From Acidaminococcales bacterium (GTDB lineage Bacteria > Bacillota > Negativicutes > Acidaminococcales > JAISLQ01), in assembly GCA_031552765.1 (NCBI GenBank), contig JAVBME010000010.1:3704-67703 (forward strand): a DNA stretch of 64,000 bases. Reading direction: 5' to 3'. Shown here in pieces: positions 26,824-37,062 of this stretch. The notes beneath the pieces are model-generated. The model was not told the DNA's origin. It did no database searches and saw nothing but the letters and a program-made list of their open reading frames with translations. Numbering within the stretch: the stretch's first letter is position 1; the number at the start of each line of letters is the position of its first letter. The position numbers and the translations under genes are program-made.

Positions 26824-29235
26824 TTACCGTTTAAGGCTCATCAGTTCTTGAAGCATTTCGTCCGAAGTAGTTATCGTGCGTGAATTGGCTTGAAAACCAC
26901 GCTGGGTTACTATCATGTTGGTAAATTCTTCGGCCAGGTCTACGTTTGCCATTTCAAGCACGCCAGCCTGTAAAGTGCCTCGCCCGCCGGAACCGGGAAC
27001 GCCTATTTGCGGTGTGCCGGAATTGTTTGACTCGCGAAATGTCGTATTACCTGCCCGCTCAAGACCGCTTTGGTTGACAAAGATGGCGGTGGCCAATTGC
27101 CCGAGGGCAAGCCTTTGTCCGTTAGAAAAGATGCCTACAATAACGCCCTTGTCATCTACAGCTTTATCTTGCAATATACCTGCCGTATAGCCATCTATGG
27201 CCAGTTGTGCCGTATGGTCTCCGGCATATTGCGTCAGAGCTCCGTAACTGCCATTGAGTTGCAAAAAGGCCACCCCGCCTTGCGGCTGGAAGGAAAACGG
27301 GTCGTTCGTGCCTGCACCGGCCACCGGCACAGTATGTAAATCGTTTGAAGCGCCGGGAAGTACACTGACTGTGGTTGCAGGATTAAAAGAGTAGGCAGTG
27401 CCATCTGCCAATGTTATGGCTGGCAAATCCGTTTTGGGCGGATTGCCCGGATAAGTTTGCCTACCTACCAATTTGCCTTGTTCAAAAAATTCCAGCTTCC
27501 ATGTAGCTACGGGGTTGGAAACAGGATCATAGCCGCTCGTACAAGTGGCTTTGACACCAAGAACATGCACGGCGCCGTTTTCGTCAGTAAAAGTTACGGC
27601 GCTTTCCACTTTATCATTCAGTTTTGCATGCGCATTAAGTTCTATGCCCGGCCAGGGCAACGCTTTCAGATCATTGGCGCCGTATGAAGTTACCGCAACC
27701 ATCGTACCCGGGTCTATGCTGTAGCTAGTGCCGTCCGGCCAGGATAATACCGGCAATGAAGTATCTGCCGGGCTGCCGGGATAAGTTTTACTGCCAACAA
27801 GTATACCCTGATCGTAAAATTCCAATTCCCAGTTAGCTGCAGTTACACTCGGCGGATTGTAGCCAAGCGTACATTTGGCTTTTACATCTATAGCCCTGTC
27901 TATACCATCTTTATCACTGAAAGCTATCCTGCTTTGCGCTTCCTCGCCTAATGCGGCCGCAGAGTTCAAATCTATTACGCCGGTCACCGCAATTGTGCGT
28001 AAATCGTTGGTTCCGCCAGGCGCAAGCGAAATATCTGTTGAGGCGGCAAAAGTATAAGTATTGCCGTTATTTAGCGTTACCGCCGGCAAAGCCGCGTTAC
28101 CCAAGGCGGAATATGTCTGGCTGCCGGCCAGCACTCCCTGTTCATAAAAGTCCACTTGCCAATTGGCTACAGTAACACCCGGCGGATTATAGCCCAAAGT
28201 ACATTCCGCTTTTATATCAAGCAGATGGGCAATGCCCGCTTCGTCAATAAAAGATATGCGGGAGACGGCTGTATCGCCTAAAACAGCAGTACTGTCAAGG
28301 TCTATAGCGCCCGCGTTAAAAACGCCGCCAATAACTCCGCTCGCCACACTGCCCTGTGCGGTTTCAAAAACATTTCTTATAACTCCACCGACTGGCGTCG
28401 AGCCTGTCAAAGTATCAAAAGTTCCGGTTATGACGCCGTTATAAGCGCCACCTAGCACTTTAGCATCTTGCACCGACTGGAACAAACCATTGGAATCAAA
28501 TTTCAACAATTTGAGGTTGCCGGTAATGCCGTCCGGATTGCCGGAGTTTTTAGTGGCAGGATCCACTCCTGTAGCCGACCCATAGAGCAGCCAGGTGTTA
28601 TCATCAATCTTGTAATAGGCCTGCGTTATATTATGGGCTATTCCTTCCGAATCATATGCTGTAGCTGTAGTTAAGGTGGCTCCGCCCATTACTTCATCGG
28701 CTTTAAGGTTACCGATGTTTTTTATTTCTGTAGACACTTTAGCTGGCATAGAAGCAACCGTTGGAATAACAATAGCGGCAATAGGAGATGCGCTGTTTAT
28801 ATTACCGTTGGCGTCCGCCGGCCAGCCCATGACGCGAAGGCCGGAGCCAGTCTGGATCATATTGCCTTCACTGTCAAAATCAAAATTGCCGGCGCGGGTA
28901 TAAAACTGCTGGGCGCCGTCGCGGACAACAAAAAAGCCGTTATTGTTTATGGCAAGATCGGTAACTTTATTTGTGGTCTGAAAACTTGTCGGCGTAAACA
29001 TGATATCTATCGCCGACACTTTCATGCCAAGACCTATTTGCTTGGCGTTGACGCCGCCAAGATTAGCGCTCGGGCCGGATGCCCCTTGCATAGTCTGGCT
29101 GAGCGTGTCGGCAAATACCGTGCGGCTGCCCTTGTAGCCAATAGTATTAACGTTTGCAATATTGTTGCTCAGTACGTCCATACGGGTCTGGTGATTACGG
29201 AGACCGGACACGCCGGTATAAAGAGAACGCATCAT
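26824..29235 (-). CDS. flgE: Flagellar hook protein FlgE, long form with a triplicated central insert
   Basis: N-terminus MMRSLYTGVSGLRNHQTRMDVLSNNIANVNT and C-terminus VDLAEEFTNMIVTQRGFQANSRTITTSDEMLQELMSLKR are canonical FlgE. GGGAGG RBS before ATG 29235. Confidence 0.9.
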   Translation of the reverse strand: MMRSLYTGVSGLRNHQTRMDVLSNNIANVNTIGYKGSRTVFADTLSQTMQGASGPSANLGGVNAKQIGLGMKVSAIDIMFTPTSFQTTNKVTDLAINNNGFFVVRDGAQQFYTRAGNFDFDSEGNMIQTGSGLRVMGWPADANGNINSASPIAAIVIPTVASMPAKVSTEIKNIGNLKADEVMGGATLTTATAYDSEGIAHNITQAYYKIDDNTWLLYGSATGVDPATKNSGNPDGITGNLKLLKFDSNGLFQSVQDAKVLGGAYNGVITGTFDTLTGSTPVGGVIRNVFETAQGSVASGVIGGVFNAGAIDLDSTAVLGDTAVSRISFIDEAGIAHLLDIKAECTLGYNPPGVTVANWQVDFYEQGVLAGSQTYSALGNAALPAVTLNNGNTYTFAASTDISLAPGGTNDLRTIAVTGVIDLNSAAALGEEAQSRIAFSDKDGIDRAIDVKAKCTLGYNPPSVTAANWELEFYDQGILVGSKTYPGSPADTSLPVLSWPDGTSYSIDPGTMVAVTSYGANDLKALPWPGIELNAHAKLNDKVESAVTFTDENGAVHVLGVKATCTSGYDPVSNPVATWKLEFFEQGKLVGRQTYPGNPPKTDLPAITLADGTAYSFNPATTVSVLPGASNDLHTVPVAGAGTNDPFSFQPQGGVAFLQLNGSYGALTQYAGDHTAQLAIDGYTAGILQDKAVDDKGVIVGIFSNGQRLALGQLATAIFVNQSGLERAGNTTFRESNNSGTPQIGVPGSGGRGTLQAGVLEMANVDLAEEFTNMIVTQRGFQANSRTITTSDEMLQELMSLKR
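27320..28305 (-). repeat. Three tandem, diverged ~109-aa (~327-330 nt) repeats in the FlgE central domain
   Basis: Each unit reads roughly IDL(D/N)S.A.LG....SRI.F.D..G......(I/V)KA.CT(L/S)GY(N/D)P......W.(L/V)(D/E)F(Y/F)(E/D)QG.L.G.QTYPG....LP...L..G..Y........V..G.NDL. Confidence 0.8.
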
Positions 29236-29674
29236 AACAAAAAAACCTCCCTGACTTTGGAGCGCCACTGACTAACCCCAGACATTCGGCCTGAAGCTAT
29301 GAGCTTCCTCGTCGTGAGGTCCGGCTCGTACATAAATAGCGCCTTTACTGTGTTGTAATAAAACTCTCGCGGCAATACACCATCCATGGTAAAAGCAGTA
29401 ACCTTTTTTCTTTTACCGGCGAATATAACCAACCGCCGGATGCAAAATCCCCTCCTTTTGTAAAAAATCTTTCATGCTATGCTTTTATGCACAACAGGCT
29501 ATTTTTCATGATTGCCGGCACATAAACAACATTTACTTTTAGACACAAATTTTATTTCAAAGGCAAGCAAAAAATTTCCCTGCTACAAACCGCTTATATA
29601 AGCCAGTTTTCCTTATGGAAAAAGACGGTATCTAACCCATTTTATTTACATAACTTTATATTTACAATTGTATT

Positions 29675-29733
29675 TTACTTTTTGTAAATAGTCAATTACT
29701 TTTTGTAAGCTTTTTTCTGTTTACTTTTTGTAA
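29675..29733 (+). promoter_or_regulatory. Three direct copies of the palindromic 13-mer TTACTTTTTGTAA upstream of the XRE regulator (candidate operators)
   Basis: Exact copies at 29675-29687, 29696-29708 and 29721-29733. Each is TTAC-N5-GTAA. The last ends 39 nt before the ATG at 29773. Confidence 0.5.
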
Positions 29734-29772
29734 CCTACTAGTGTACTCTGAAATAGGGGAAAATGCAGACAT

Positions 29773-30147
29773 ATGCAGATATTTGCCAAGAAACTACGTT
29801 TTTTAATGGAACAAAATAACGTACAAAATAAAGAACTGGCAATTTTGCTTGGTGTCGGCTCGCCCATGATATCCCGTTATCTTAAAGGCGACCGGATGCC
29901 GCAGACCAAAAAACTTGCCATTATTGCCAATAGATTTAATGTTTCTCTGGAGTTTTTGCTTGAAAAAGAAGAAAAAGATAACAAGGATTCTCTGTCCTTA
30001 GTACAAAATATTTATGGACAGACTGCTGTGGAACTATTAACAGCGTTTAGCAAGCTTGATGCCAAAGGCCAATCACATGTACTTGGTTATGCCCTTGGTT
30101 ATCTTAAATGTGAAACTGAACAGAAAAAAATGTCCGCGGCTAACTGA
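29773..30147 (+). CDS. XRE/Cro-CI family helix-turn-helix transcriptional regulator
   Basis: N-terminal HTH_3 (LRFLMEQNNVQNKELAILLGVGSPMISRYLKGDRMP) plus a ~55-aa C-terminal domain. Confidence 0.8.
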   Translation: MQIFAKKLRFLMEQNNVQNKELAILLGVGSPMISRYLKGDRMPQTKKLAIIANRFNVSLEFLLEKEEKDNKDSLSLVQNIYGQTAVELLTAFSKLDAKGQSHVLGYALGYLKCETEQKKMSAAN

Positions 30148-30177
30148 TACGTTCTTGGACAATTATTAATAGCAAAA

Positions 30178-30208
30178 GAGCAGTTTTACGCATTGCGTAA
30201 AACTGCTC
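30178..30208. terminator. Bidirectional rho-independent terminator (XRE gene / groEL)
   Basis: gagcagttttacgca-t-tgcgtaaaactgctc: 15-bp perfect stem flanked by aaaa and tttt. Confidence 0.75.
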
Positions 30209-30243
30209 TTTTATTATATTTATATTTTTGGGGAGACTGGCTA

Positions 30244-31902
<1,659 letters not shown>

Positions 31903-31907
31903 TTATC

Positions 31908-32192
31908 TTATTCAATAATAGCAAGGATGTCGCGTTCGCTGAGGATAAGATACTCCTTGCCGTCTACTTTTACATCAGTGCCGGCGTACTTGGAAAATAT
32001 CACTTTGTCTCCGGCTTTTACGTCAGGCACGACTCTTTGCCCATTGTCCAGCACCTTGCCGGCGCCCACGGCTACGACTTTGCCTTCCTGCGGTTTTTCC
32101 TTGGCAGTATCAGGCAAGACTATGCCGCTCTTGGTTTTTTCCTCCTTGGCCAAAGCCTCGATGATAACTCTGTCTGCAAGTGGTTTCAACAT
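31908..32192 (-). CDS. groS: Co-chaperonin GroES
   Basis: 94 aa. [12 protein letters not shown]...[21 protein letters not shown]. Confidence 0.97.
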   Translation of the reverse strand: MLKPLADRVIIEALAKEEKTKSGIVLPDTAKEKPQEGKVVAVGAGKVLDNGQRVVPDVKAGDKVIFSKYAGTDVKVDGKEYLILSERDILAIIE

Positions 32193-32235
32193 TATCAGTT
32201 ACCTCCTCATTACTGGTAGTAATGCATTTGTTTTA

Positions 32236-32262
32236 TTAGCACTCTTTTAGGTTGAGTGCTAA
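32236..32262 (-). promoter_or_regulatory. CIRCE operator (HrcA binding site)
   Basis: TTAGCACTC-N9-GAGTGCTAA is a perfect match to the consensus, 44 nt upstream of the groES start. Confidence 0.95.
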
Positions 32263-32272
32263 CCCGATATTT

Positions 32273-32301
32273 ATGATACCGAATTTGGCAAAAAAAATCA
32301 A
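32273..32301 (-). promoter_or_regulatory. Candidate sigma-A promoter of groES-groEL
   Basis: On the - strand: TTGATT - 17 nt - TATCAT, immediately upstream of CIRCE. Confidence 0.55.
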
Positions 32302-32335
32302 CCCCCTGGAGAGAAATTTAGTAAAAAAAGAATTT

Positions 32336-32576
32336 TTGTCCACATGTTTATTTAACATAGAAATACTAATCTTATTAATTATATTTAACAATATATACCC
32401 ATATAATAGCAAAAAACTTTTTATAAGTATTTTATATCACCATATCTTCTATTATCATTTGTTTACTTATTTTTAAAGTAATATCCGACAAACAAAATGT
32501 TATTTTTTTATCTTTACAAAATCTAGTCCACAACTTTTTCCCGAACTTGTCCACAATATCCACAGCTTTGTACACA
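32336..32576 (+). promoter_or_regulatory. Cluster of five same-orientation DnaA-box-like 9-mers flanking an AT-rich tract
   Basis: TTGTCCACA 32336-32344, TAGTCCACA 32524-32532, TTGTCCACA 32547-32555, ATATCCACA 32556-32564 and TTGTACACA 32568-32576 (consensus TTATNCACA). Confidence 0.5.
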
Positions 32577-32669
32577 GGCAATTTGCTGTCATTAGGACTT
32601 TCTTCCCGTTTTAAGTTTGTCTACTTGGTGAAAACACCGGGTAGAAACACGTAAAATATCACTTGTCTC

Positions 32670-33695
32670 CTAATTTTTTGCCTGCCCCAGCCGCACGCTT
32701 GGCCAAGCATTCAAAGACAGCGGGCTAGCCTTTCCCTGGGTGTATAAATAGTGTCCCCGGCAGGCGATCATCGCCGCATTGTCTGTGCAAAGAAGCGGCG
32801 ATGGGTAATAAAGCCTTGCGCCGCGTTTACCCACAGCTTGCTGCAATTTTTGCCGCAGCGCGTTATTTACCGACACCCCACCGGCCAGCGCCAATTTATT
32901 GAGGCCGGTTTTTGCCAGCGCTGCCACAGACTTATCCGCCAGCACATCCACCACTGCCGCTTGGAAACTGGCCGCCACATCGGCTTTGTTGACCGCTGCG
33001 CCGGCTTGCCCGGCATTGTGCAAATAGTTTATCACCGCCGATTTAAGCCCGCTGAAACTAAAGGCGCATTCTCCCACGCCGAGCGCACGCGGAAAATTTA
33101 TCGCCGCCGGGTCGCCCGCCAAAGCCAGCTTCTCCACTTCCGGGCCGCCGGGGTATGAAAGCCCCAGCACCCGCGCCACCTTGTCAAAAGCTTCGCCTGC
33201 CGCGTCGTCGCGCGTTTCGCCCAACAAATAGAAGTTTTCATAATCGGCGATATGCAGGAGTGAAGTATGGCCGCCCGACACCACCAGCGCGACAAAGGGC
33301 GGCTCCAGCTCCGGATGCGCCAGAAAGTTGGCAAATACATGCCCTTCCAAGTGGTTGACGCCGATAAGCGGTTTCGAAAGCGCAAAAGCCAGCCCCTTGG
33401 CCGCCGCCACTCCGACGAGCAAAGCGCCGATAAGCCCCGGGCCGCAGGTCACGGCTACAGCATCAATATCCGCAGGGAGCAAACCTGCCTCTTTAAAAGC
33501 CGCGTCTATCACCGGCATGATTTCCACTATATGCTCGCGCGAAGCTATTTCCGGCACTACGCCGCCGTATTTTCGGTGCACCGGTATTTGGGACGATATC
33601 ACATTCGCCAAAATTTCCCGGCCGTTTTTCACCAGCGCCGCCGCCGTTTCGTCACAACTGGTCTCTATGCCGAGCACTATTATATCTTTAGCCAT
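32670..33695 (-). CDS. tsaD: tRNA N6-adenosine threonylcarbamoyltransferase TsaD (Gcp)
   Basis: ILGIETSCDETAAA and NHLEGH motifs. 341 aa. Confidence 0.95.
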   Translation of the reverse strand: MAKDIIVLGIETSCDETAAALVKNGREILANVISSQIPVHRKYGGVVPEIASREHIVEIMPVIDAAFKEAGLLPADIDAVAVTCGPGLIGALLVGVAAAKGLAFALSKPLIGVNHLEGHVFANFLAHPELEPPFVALVVSGGHTSLLHIADYENFYLLGETRDDAAGEAFDKVARVLGLSYPGGPEVEKLALAGDPAAINFPRALGVGECAFSFSGLKSAVINYLHNAGQAGAAVNKADVAASFQAAVVDVLADKSVAALAKTGLNKLALAGGVSVNNALRQKLQQAVGKRGARLYYPSPLLCTDNAAMIACRGHYLYTQGKASPLSLNAWPSVRLGQAKN

Positions 33696-34161
33696 CCTCT
33701 TCCTCTTTCAGCTGCCTGCCCATGAGAAGCGCGTCTTCGCCGTCGTCCATATAATATCCCTTGCGCTCGCCCACTACCGCAAGGCCAAGTTTTTCATACA
33801 GATTTTGCGCGGCCAGGTTGGATTTTCGCACTTCCAGCACCATAGAGTCCGCTCCGCAGCCTTCCGCCATCTTTATCAGCGCTTCGACCAAAGAGCTGCC
33901 CCAGCCTTTACCCTGGTGTTTTTTTAACAAGGCTATATTGGTCACCTGAGCTTCGCCTGCCACCAGCCAAAAACCGGCGTAGCCACAGATTTTCTTGCCC
34001 GCTTCCAGCACGATATAGTGCGTAAGAGGGTTTTTCAGCTCCTCGGCAAACAAAGCCGGCGGCCAGGGGGCGGTAAAAGCGTCCGCCTCCACCTGGGCGA
34101 CGCCTTCAACATCCGTATCGGCCATGCGTCTTATGGTAAATTTTTCTGCCGCTTTTCCCAT
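33688..34161 (-). CDS. rimI: Ribosomal-protein-alanine N-acetyltransferase RimI
   Basis: GNAT fold (HQGKGWGSSLVEAL) in the conserved position between tsaB and tsaD. Start uncertain (34161 or 34194). Confidence 0.85.
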   Translation of the reverse strand: MGKAAEKFTIRRMADTDVEGVAQVEADAFTAPWPPALFAEELKNPLTHYIVLEAGKKICGYAGFWLVAGEAQVTNIALLKKHQGKGWGSSLVEALIKMAEGCGADSMVLEVRKSNLAAQNLYEKLGLAVVGERKGYYMDDGEDALLMGRQLKEEEDG

Positions 34162-34820
34162 AGTATCTCCGCTTCCGATCTTTTTAAATAGCAAGGCTGC
34201 AAGGTAAATACATCGTCGCTTTCGCCGGCCGCCAGCCTCGCGTAAGCGGCCAGGGCCGCGCTCACCGCGCGCGGCTTGCCCGTATGCGGCGGCAACACAC
34301 CAACATTATCCGGCAGTTCACCGCCCAATACATCGCCCAGCAGCACGCACTGGCGGCCGCTTGCCGCCAAACAAGCCAGCGCCTCGGCATAAGGCTTCAC
34401 CGCCACCGGCGCTATTTCATAAAGTATATTGTCGCGCCACTCATACAGCGCCTGGTAAACATCGCCTTTTTGCGCGTCGACAAGGGGCGACAAGAGCACG
34501 CCCGGCGCCGGCAGGTTCCAGGCCAAAGACAGCGGCAACGGCACGCCGATAAGCGATACGCCCCAGGCGTAGCTCATAGCCTTGGCGCTGGCCAGCCCTA
34601 TCCTCAGGCCGGTAAAAGAGCCCGGGCCTGTGCACACGGCAATACCCTGGATGTCTTTTTTTGCCATGCCTACGGCGGACAACAGCATATCCATCTGCGG
34701 CATCAGCTTTTCCGAATGGGTAAGGCCGTTGTCCACACTCCAGTCGGCCAGTACTTTTTGCCCGTCATATAACGCCAGGGAACAAACCGTGCTCGCCGTA
34801 TCAATCGCTAAGACCAGCAT
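34131..34820 (-). CDS. tsaB: tRNA threonylcarbamoyladenosine biosynthesis protein TsaB
   Basis: MLVLAIDTAS N-terminus and GPGSFTGLRIG motif. Start placed at 34820, overlapping the tsaE stop. Confidence 0.9.
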   Translation of the reverse strand: MLVLAIDTASTVCSLALYDGQKVLADWSVDNGLTHSEKLMPQMDMLLSAVGMAKKDIQGIAVCTGPGSFTGLRIGLASAKAMSYAWGVSLIGVPLPLSLAWNLPAPGVLLSPLVDAQKGDVYQALYEWRDNILYEIAPVAVKPYAEALACLAASGRQCVLLGDVLGGELPDNVGVLPPHTGKPRAVSAALAAYARLAAGESDDVFTLQPCYLKRSEAEILWEKRQKNLP

Positions 34821-35274
34821 GCTCCACCTCCCGACAAATTTCTTCCGCCCTTGCGCCATGCGCCGCAAACTTTAGGCAACGGCCGCCTTTTTCCGGCGTC
34901 AGATTTATGGCCAACCGTTCTTTTGGCATAAACTCCTCAAACAGGTCACTCCATTCCACTATCTTTACCGCGTCATCGCCCAGATAGGCGTCCAGCCCGG
35001 CCGCGTAAAATTCAGCCGGCGACTTTAGGCGGTACAGGTCAAAATGCCTGAGCGGCATAGTTTGTTCATATGCGTTCATTATAGTAAAAGTAGGGCTGGT
35101 TATATCATCTTCCAAATAGCCCAGCCCGGCGGCAATAGCTTTGGCCAAAGTGGTCTTGCCGGCGCCCAGGCCGCCTACGAGACAGATACAGTCGCCTTTT
35201 TTTAACAAACGCCCCAAGCAGTAGCCAAAAGCTTTTGTGGCATCTTCGTCCGGGCAAAAAATTTCCTTTAACAT
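34801..35274 (-). CDS. tsaE: tRNA threonylcarbamoyladenosine biosynthesis ATPase TsaE
   Basis: Walker A GGLGAGKTTLAK, SPTFT, HFDLYRL. Start placed at MLKEIF (35274); the listed ORF extension to 35472 would overlap the alr start. Confidence 0.9.
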   Translation of the reverse strand: MLKEIFCPDEDATKAFGYCLGRLLKKGDCICLVGGLGAGKTTLAKAIAAGLGYLEDDITSPTFTIMNAYEQTMPLRHFDLYRLKSPAEFYAAGLDAYLGDDAVKIVEWSDLFEEFMPKERLAINLTPEKGGRCLKFAAHGARAEEICREVEHAGLSD

Positions 35275-35362
35275 ATACAGCACCTTTGTTGGTATAATAT
35301 ATCCATCAATGATTTTTGCCAATCTTTGACAATATATTATACCACAATAAGGAGATGCCGGC

Positions 35363-36475
35363 ATGCGCCATACCCGCGCCATAATAGACCTCGGAGCTAT
35401 AAAACACAATATCCGCATATTAAAAGAGCGACTGCGACCCGGCGCCGGGATCACCGCCGTCGTCAAAGCCAATGGCTACGGCCACGGCGCCGTTGAAGTA
35501 GCCCGCGCCGCCCTTATGGCAGGGGCGCGCGACCTTGCCGTTGCCATACCGGAAGAAGGAAAAGAGCTGAGGGAAGCCGGCATCACCGCCCCCATAACCA
35601 TACTCGGCCTTATCGCACCGGAAGAAGCCCTACTTTGCGCCGAAAGCGGGCTCACCGTAACCGTCTGCCATCCCCAGCACCTGCCGCCGCTCACCGCAGC
35701 GGCGCAGCAAAGCGGCCGCCGTATCAACACCCTTTTAAAAATAGACACCGGTATGGGACGCATCGGCGCCGACGCCGAAACTGCGGCTGCTATGGCTGAA
35801 ATCATTCCCCAGTCGGCTGGCCTTAAGTGGGCCGGAGTATTCACACACTTTGCCAGCGCCGACAGCGGCGACCTTACCGAGGCCAAGCGCCAACTGGCAC
35901 AGTTCAAAGATATTTTATGCCAATTGGAAAACGGCGGCCTCAAACCGCCCTTTATCAGCGCCGCGGCCAGCGCTGCCGCCTTTTCCCTGCCAGAAAGCCA
36001 GTTTGATTCAGTGCGTTTAGGCATAGCCATGTACGGACTGTACCCATCGGAAGAAATACGCCGCTATGTACAGCTAAGACCAGCGCTCAGCCTGCTAACA
36101 CGTATCAGTCACATAAAAAAAGTACCGGCCGGGGCAGGTATCGGCTATGGCCCCACCTACCGGGCGCAGGCAGACGAATATATCGCCACTTTGCCGCTTG
36201 GCTATGGCGACGGTTATAGCCGCCTGTTGTCCAACAAAGCCAAAGTGCTGATAAACAAGGAATTTTACCCCATTGTCGGCAATATCTGCATGGATCAGAT
36301 GATGATCTCACTTGGCAAGGAAACCGATCTTAAAACCGGCGACTTGGTCACGCTGGTAGGAGCACAGGATGAAAAACGCGTAACCCTGGAAGAACTGGCC
36401 GCGCTCGTCGGCACGATAAACTACGAACTGGCCTGCAATATCTCAGCCCGGGTACCAAGAGTATATACAGAGTAA
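35363..36475 (+). CDS. alr: Alanine racemase
   Basis: AVVKANGYGHG PLP-lysine motif. 370 aa, ending YELACNISARVPRVY. Confidence 0.95.
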   Translation: MRHTRAIIDLGAIKHNIRILKERLRPGAGITAVVKANGYGHGAVEVARAALMAGARDLAVAIPEEGKELREAGITAPITILGLIAPEEALLCAESGLTVTVCHPQHLPPLTAAAQQSGRRINTLLKIDTGMGRIGADAETAAAMAEIIPQSAGLKWAGVFTHFASADSGDLTEAKRQLAQFKDILCQLENGGLKPPFISAAASAAAFSLPESQFDSVRLGIAMYGLYPSEEIRRYVQLRPALSLLTRISHIKKVPAGAGIGYGPTYRAQADEYIATLPLGYGDGYSRLLSNKAKVLINKEFYPIVGNICMDQMMISLGKETDLKTGDLVTLVGAQDEKRVTLEELAALVGTINYELACNISARVPRVYTE

Positions 36476-36478
36476 AAA

Positions 36479-36493
36479 GCCGCCGGAGGCGGC
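36479..36493. terminator. Bidirectional terminator (alr / GerM-like gene)
   Basis: aaaaagccgcc-gga-ggcggcttttt. Confidence 0.65.
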
Positions 36494-36501
36494 TTTTTAC
36501 T

Positions 36502-37062
36502 TTATTTCTTCTTTATCAGACTTTCATTTCTCTGCAACGGATCCAGCAGATCCATATGCCCGTTGATCGTCTCGATTTTCTTGCCTTCGACAAGTATCTG
36601 CACGCTTTTTATCTCAGGAAATTCCGTCAAAGTGTCCACTACCGCCCCAGTCAGCAGCATTTCATAGGCAGAACCGCCCGTACCAGGTTTGAGCAATTCT
36701 TTGCTAAAGTCAACTGTAGCCAGACCATTTTCCGTTTTTACACTAAGCACCTTCACACCAGCAGGAAAAATATTCGCCAGGTTTTTATTCTGGGGCGCTT
36801 CACCTACCAGTATGTCCAGAGCCAGTTTTTCCGCTTTTTCCCCTTCTCGCGGTTCCCTGTCATATATCTCTGGCACCAGCCACTCCGTACTCTGGTCAGC
36901 CCTGTAAACCTTTACAGACACTTTCTGTGCCGCAGGTTTTCCTGTGCCGCCATCACCGTCTTTAGCGCCGGGCTTGCCGCTGTTGCCGGAAAAGTCACAG
37001 CCGGAAAAAGCTAAAGACATAAACACAAACACTATCAACGCCCAAAAAGTCGGTCTCTTCAT
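36502..37062 (-). CDS. GerM-domain lipoprotein
   Basis: Lipobox FSGC. LVPE....ALDILV.....L.NIFP.GVKVLSV....G.ATVDFS is typical of GerM (sporulation/germination) domains. Confidence 0.7.
   Translation of the reverse strand: MKRPTFWALIVFVFMSLAFSGCDFSGNSGKPGAKDGDGGTGKPAAQKVSVKVYRADQSTEWLVPEIYDREPREGEKAEKLALDILVGEAPQNKNLANIFPAGVKVLSVKTENGLATVDFSKELLKPGTGGSAYEMLLTGAVVDTLTEFPEIKSVQILVEGKKIETINGHMDLLDPLQRNESLIKKK

Noticed and set aside
29232-29432. 66-aa ORF whose TGA overlaps the flgE ATG (possible coupled small flagellar gene)
   Set aside because: There is no RBS in front of either the TTG (29432) or the internal ATG. The nearby AAGGAGG (29451-29457) is out of register and opens only a 10-codon frame. 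The sequence has no recognisable family, so I treat it as flgE leader DNA.
29500-29545. Sigma-28 (FliA/SigD) promoter for flgE: TAAA ... GCCGGCAAT on the - strand
   Set aside because: The spacing between TAAA and the -10-like element is 12 or 18 nt rather than ~15, and the -10 has two mismatches to GCCGATAA. This is not convincing without a mapped transcription start site.
29236-29772. c-di-GMP (GEMM) riboswitch in the long flgE leader, considered because the window is rich in c-di-GMP enzymes
   Set aside because: No GEMM-I/II signature segments (for example the GCAAAGCC/ACGCACAGGGCAAACC-type conserved cores) are visible on either strand.
32302-32669. Chromosomal replication origin (oriC), suggested by DnaA boxes next to an AT-rich tract
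   Set aside because: No dnaA, dnaN, rpmH or other origin-linked genes are in the window. The boxes are few and all in one orientation. A secondary DnaA-box cluster is the more conservative reading and is reported as a finding instead.
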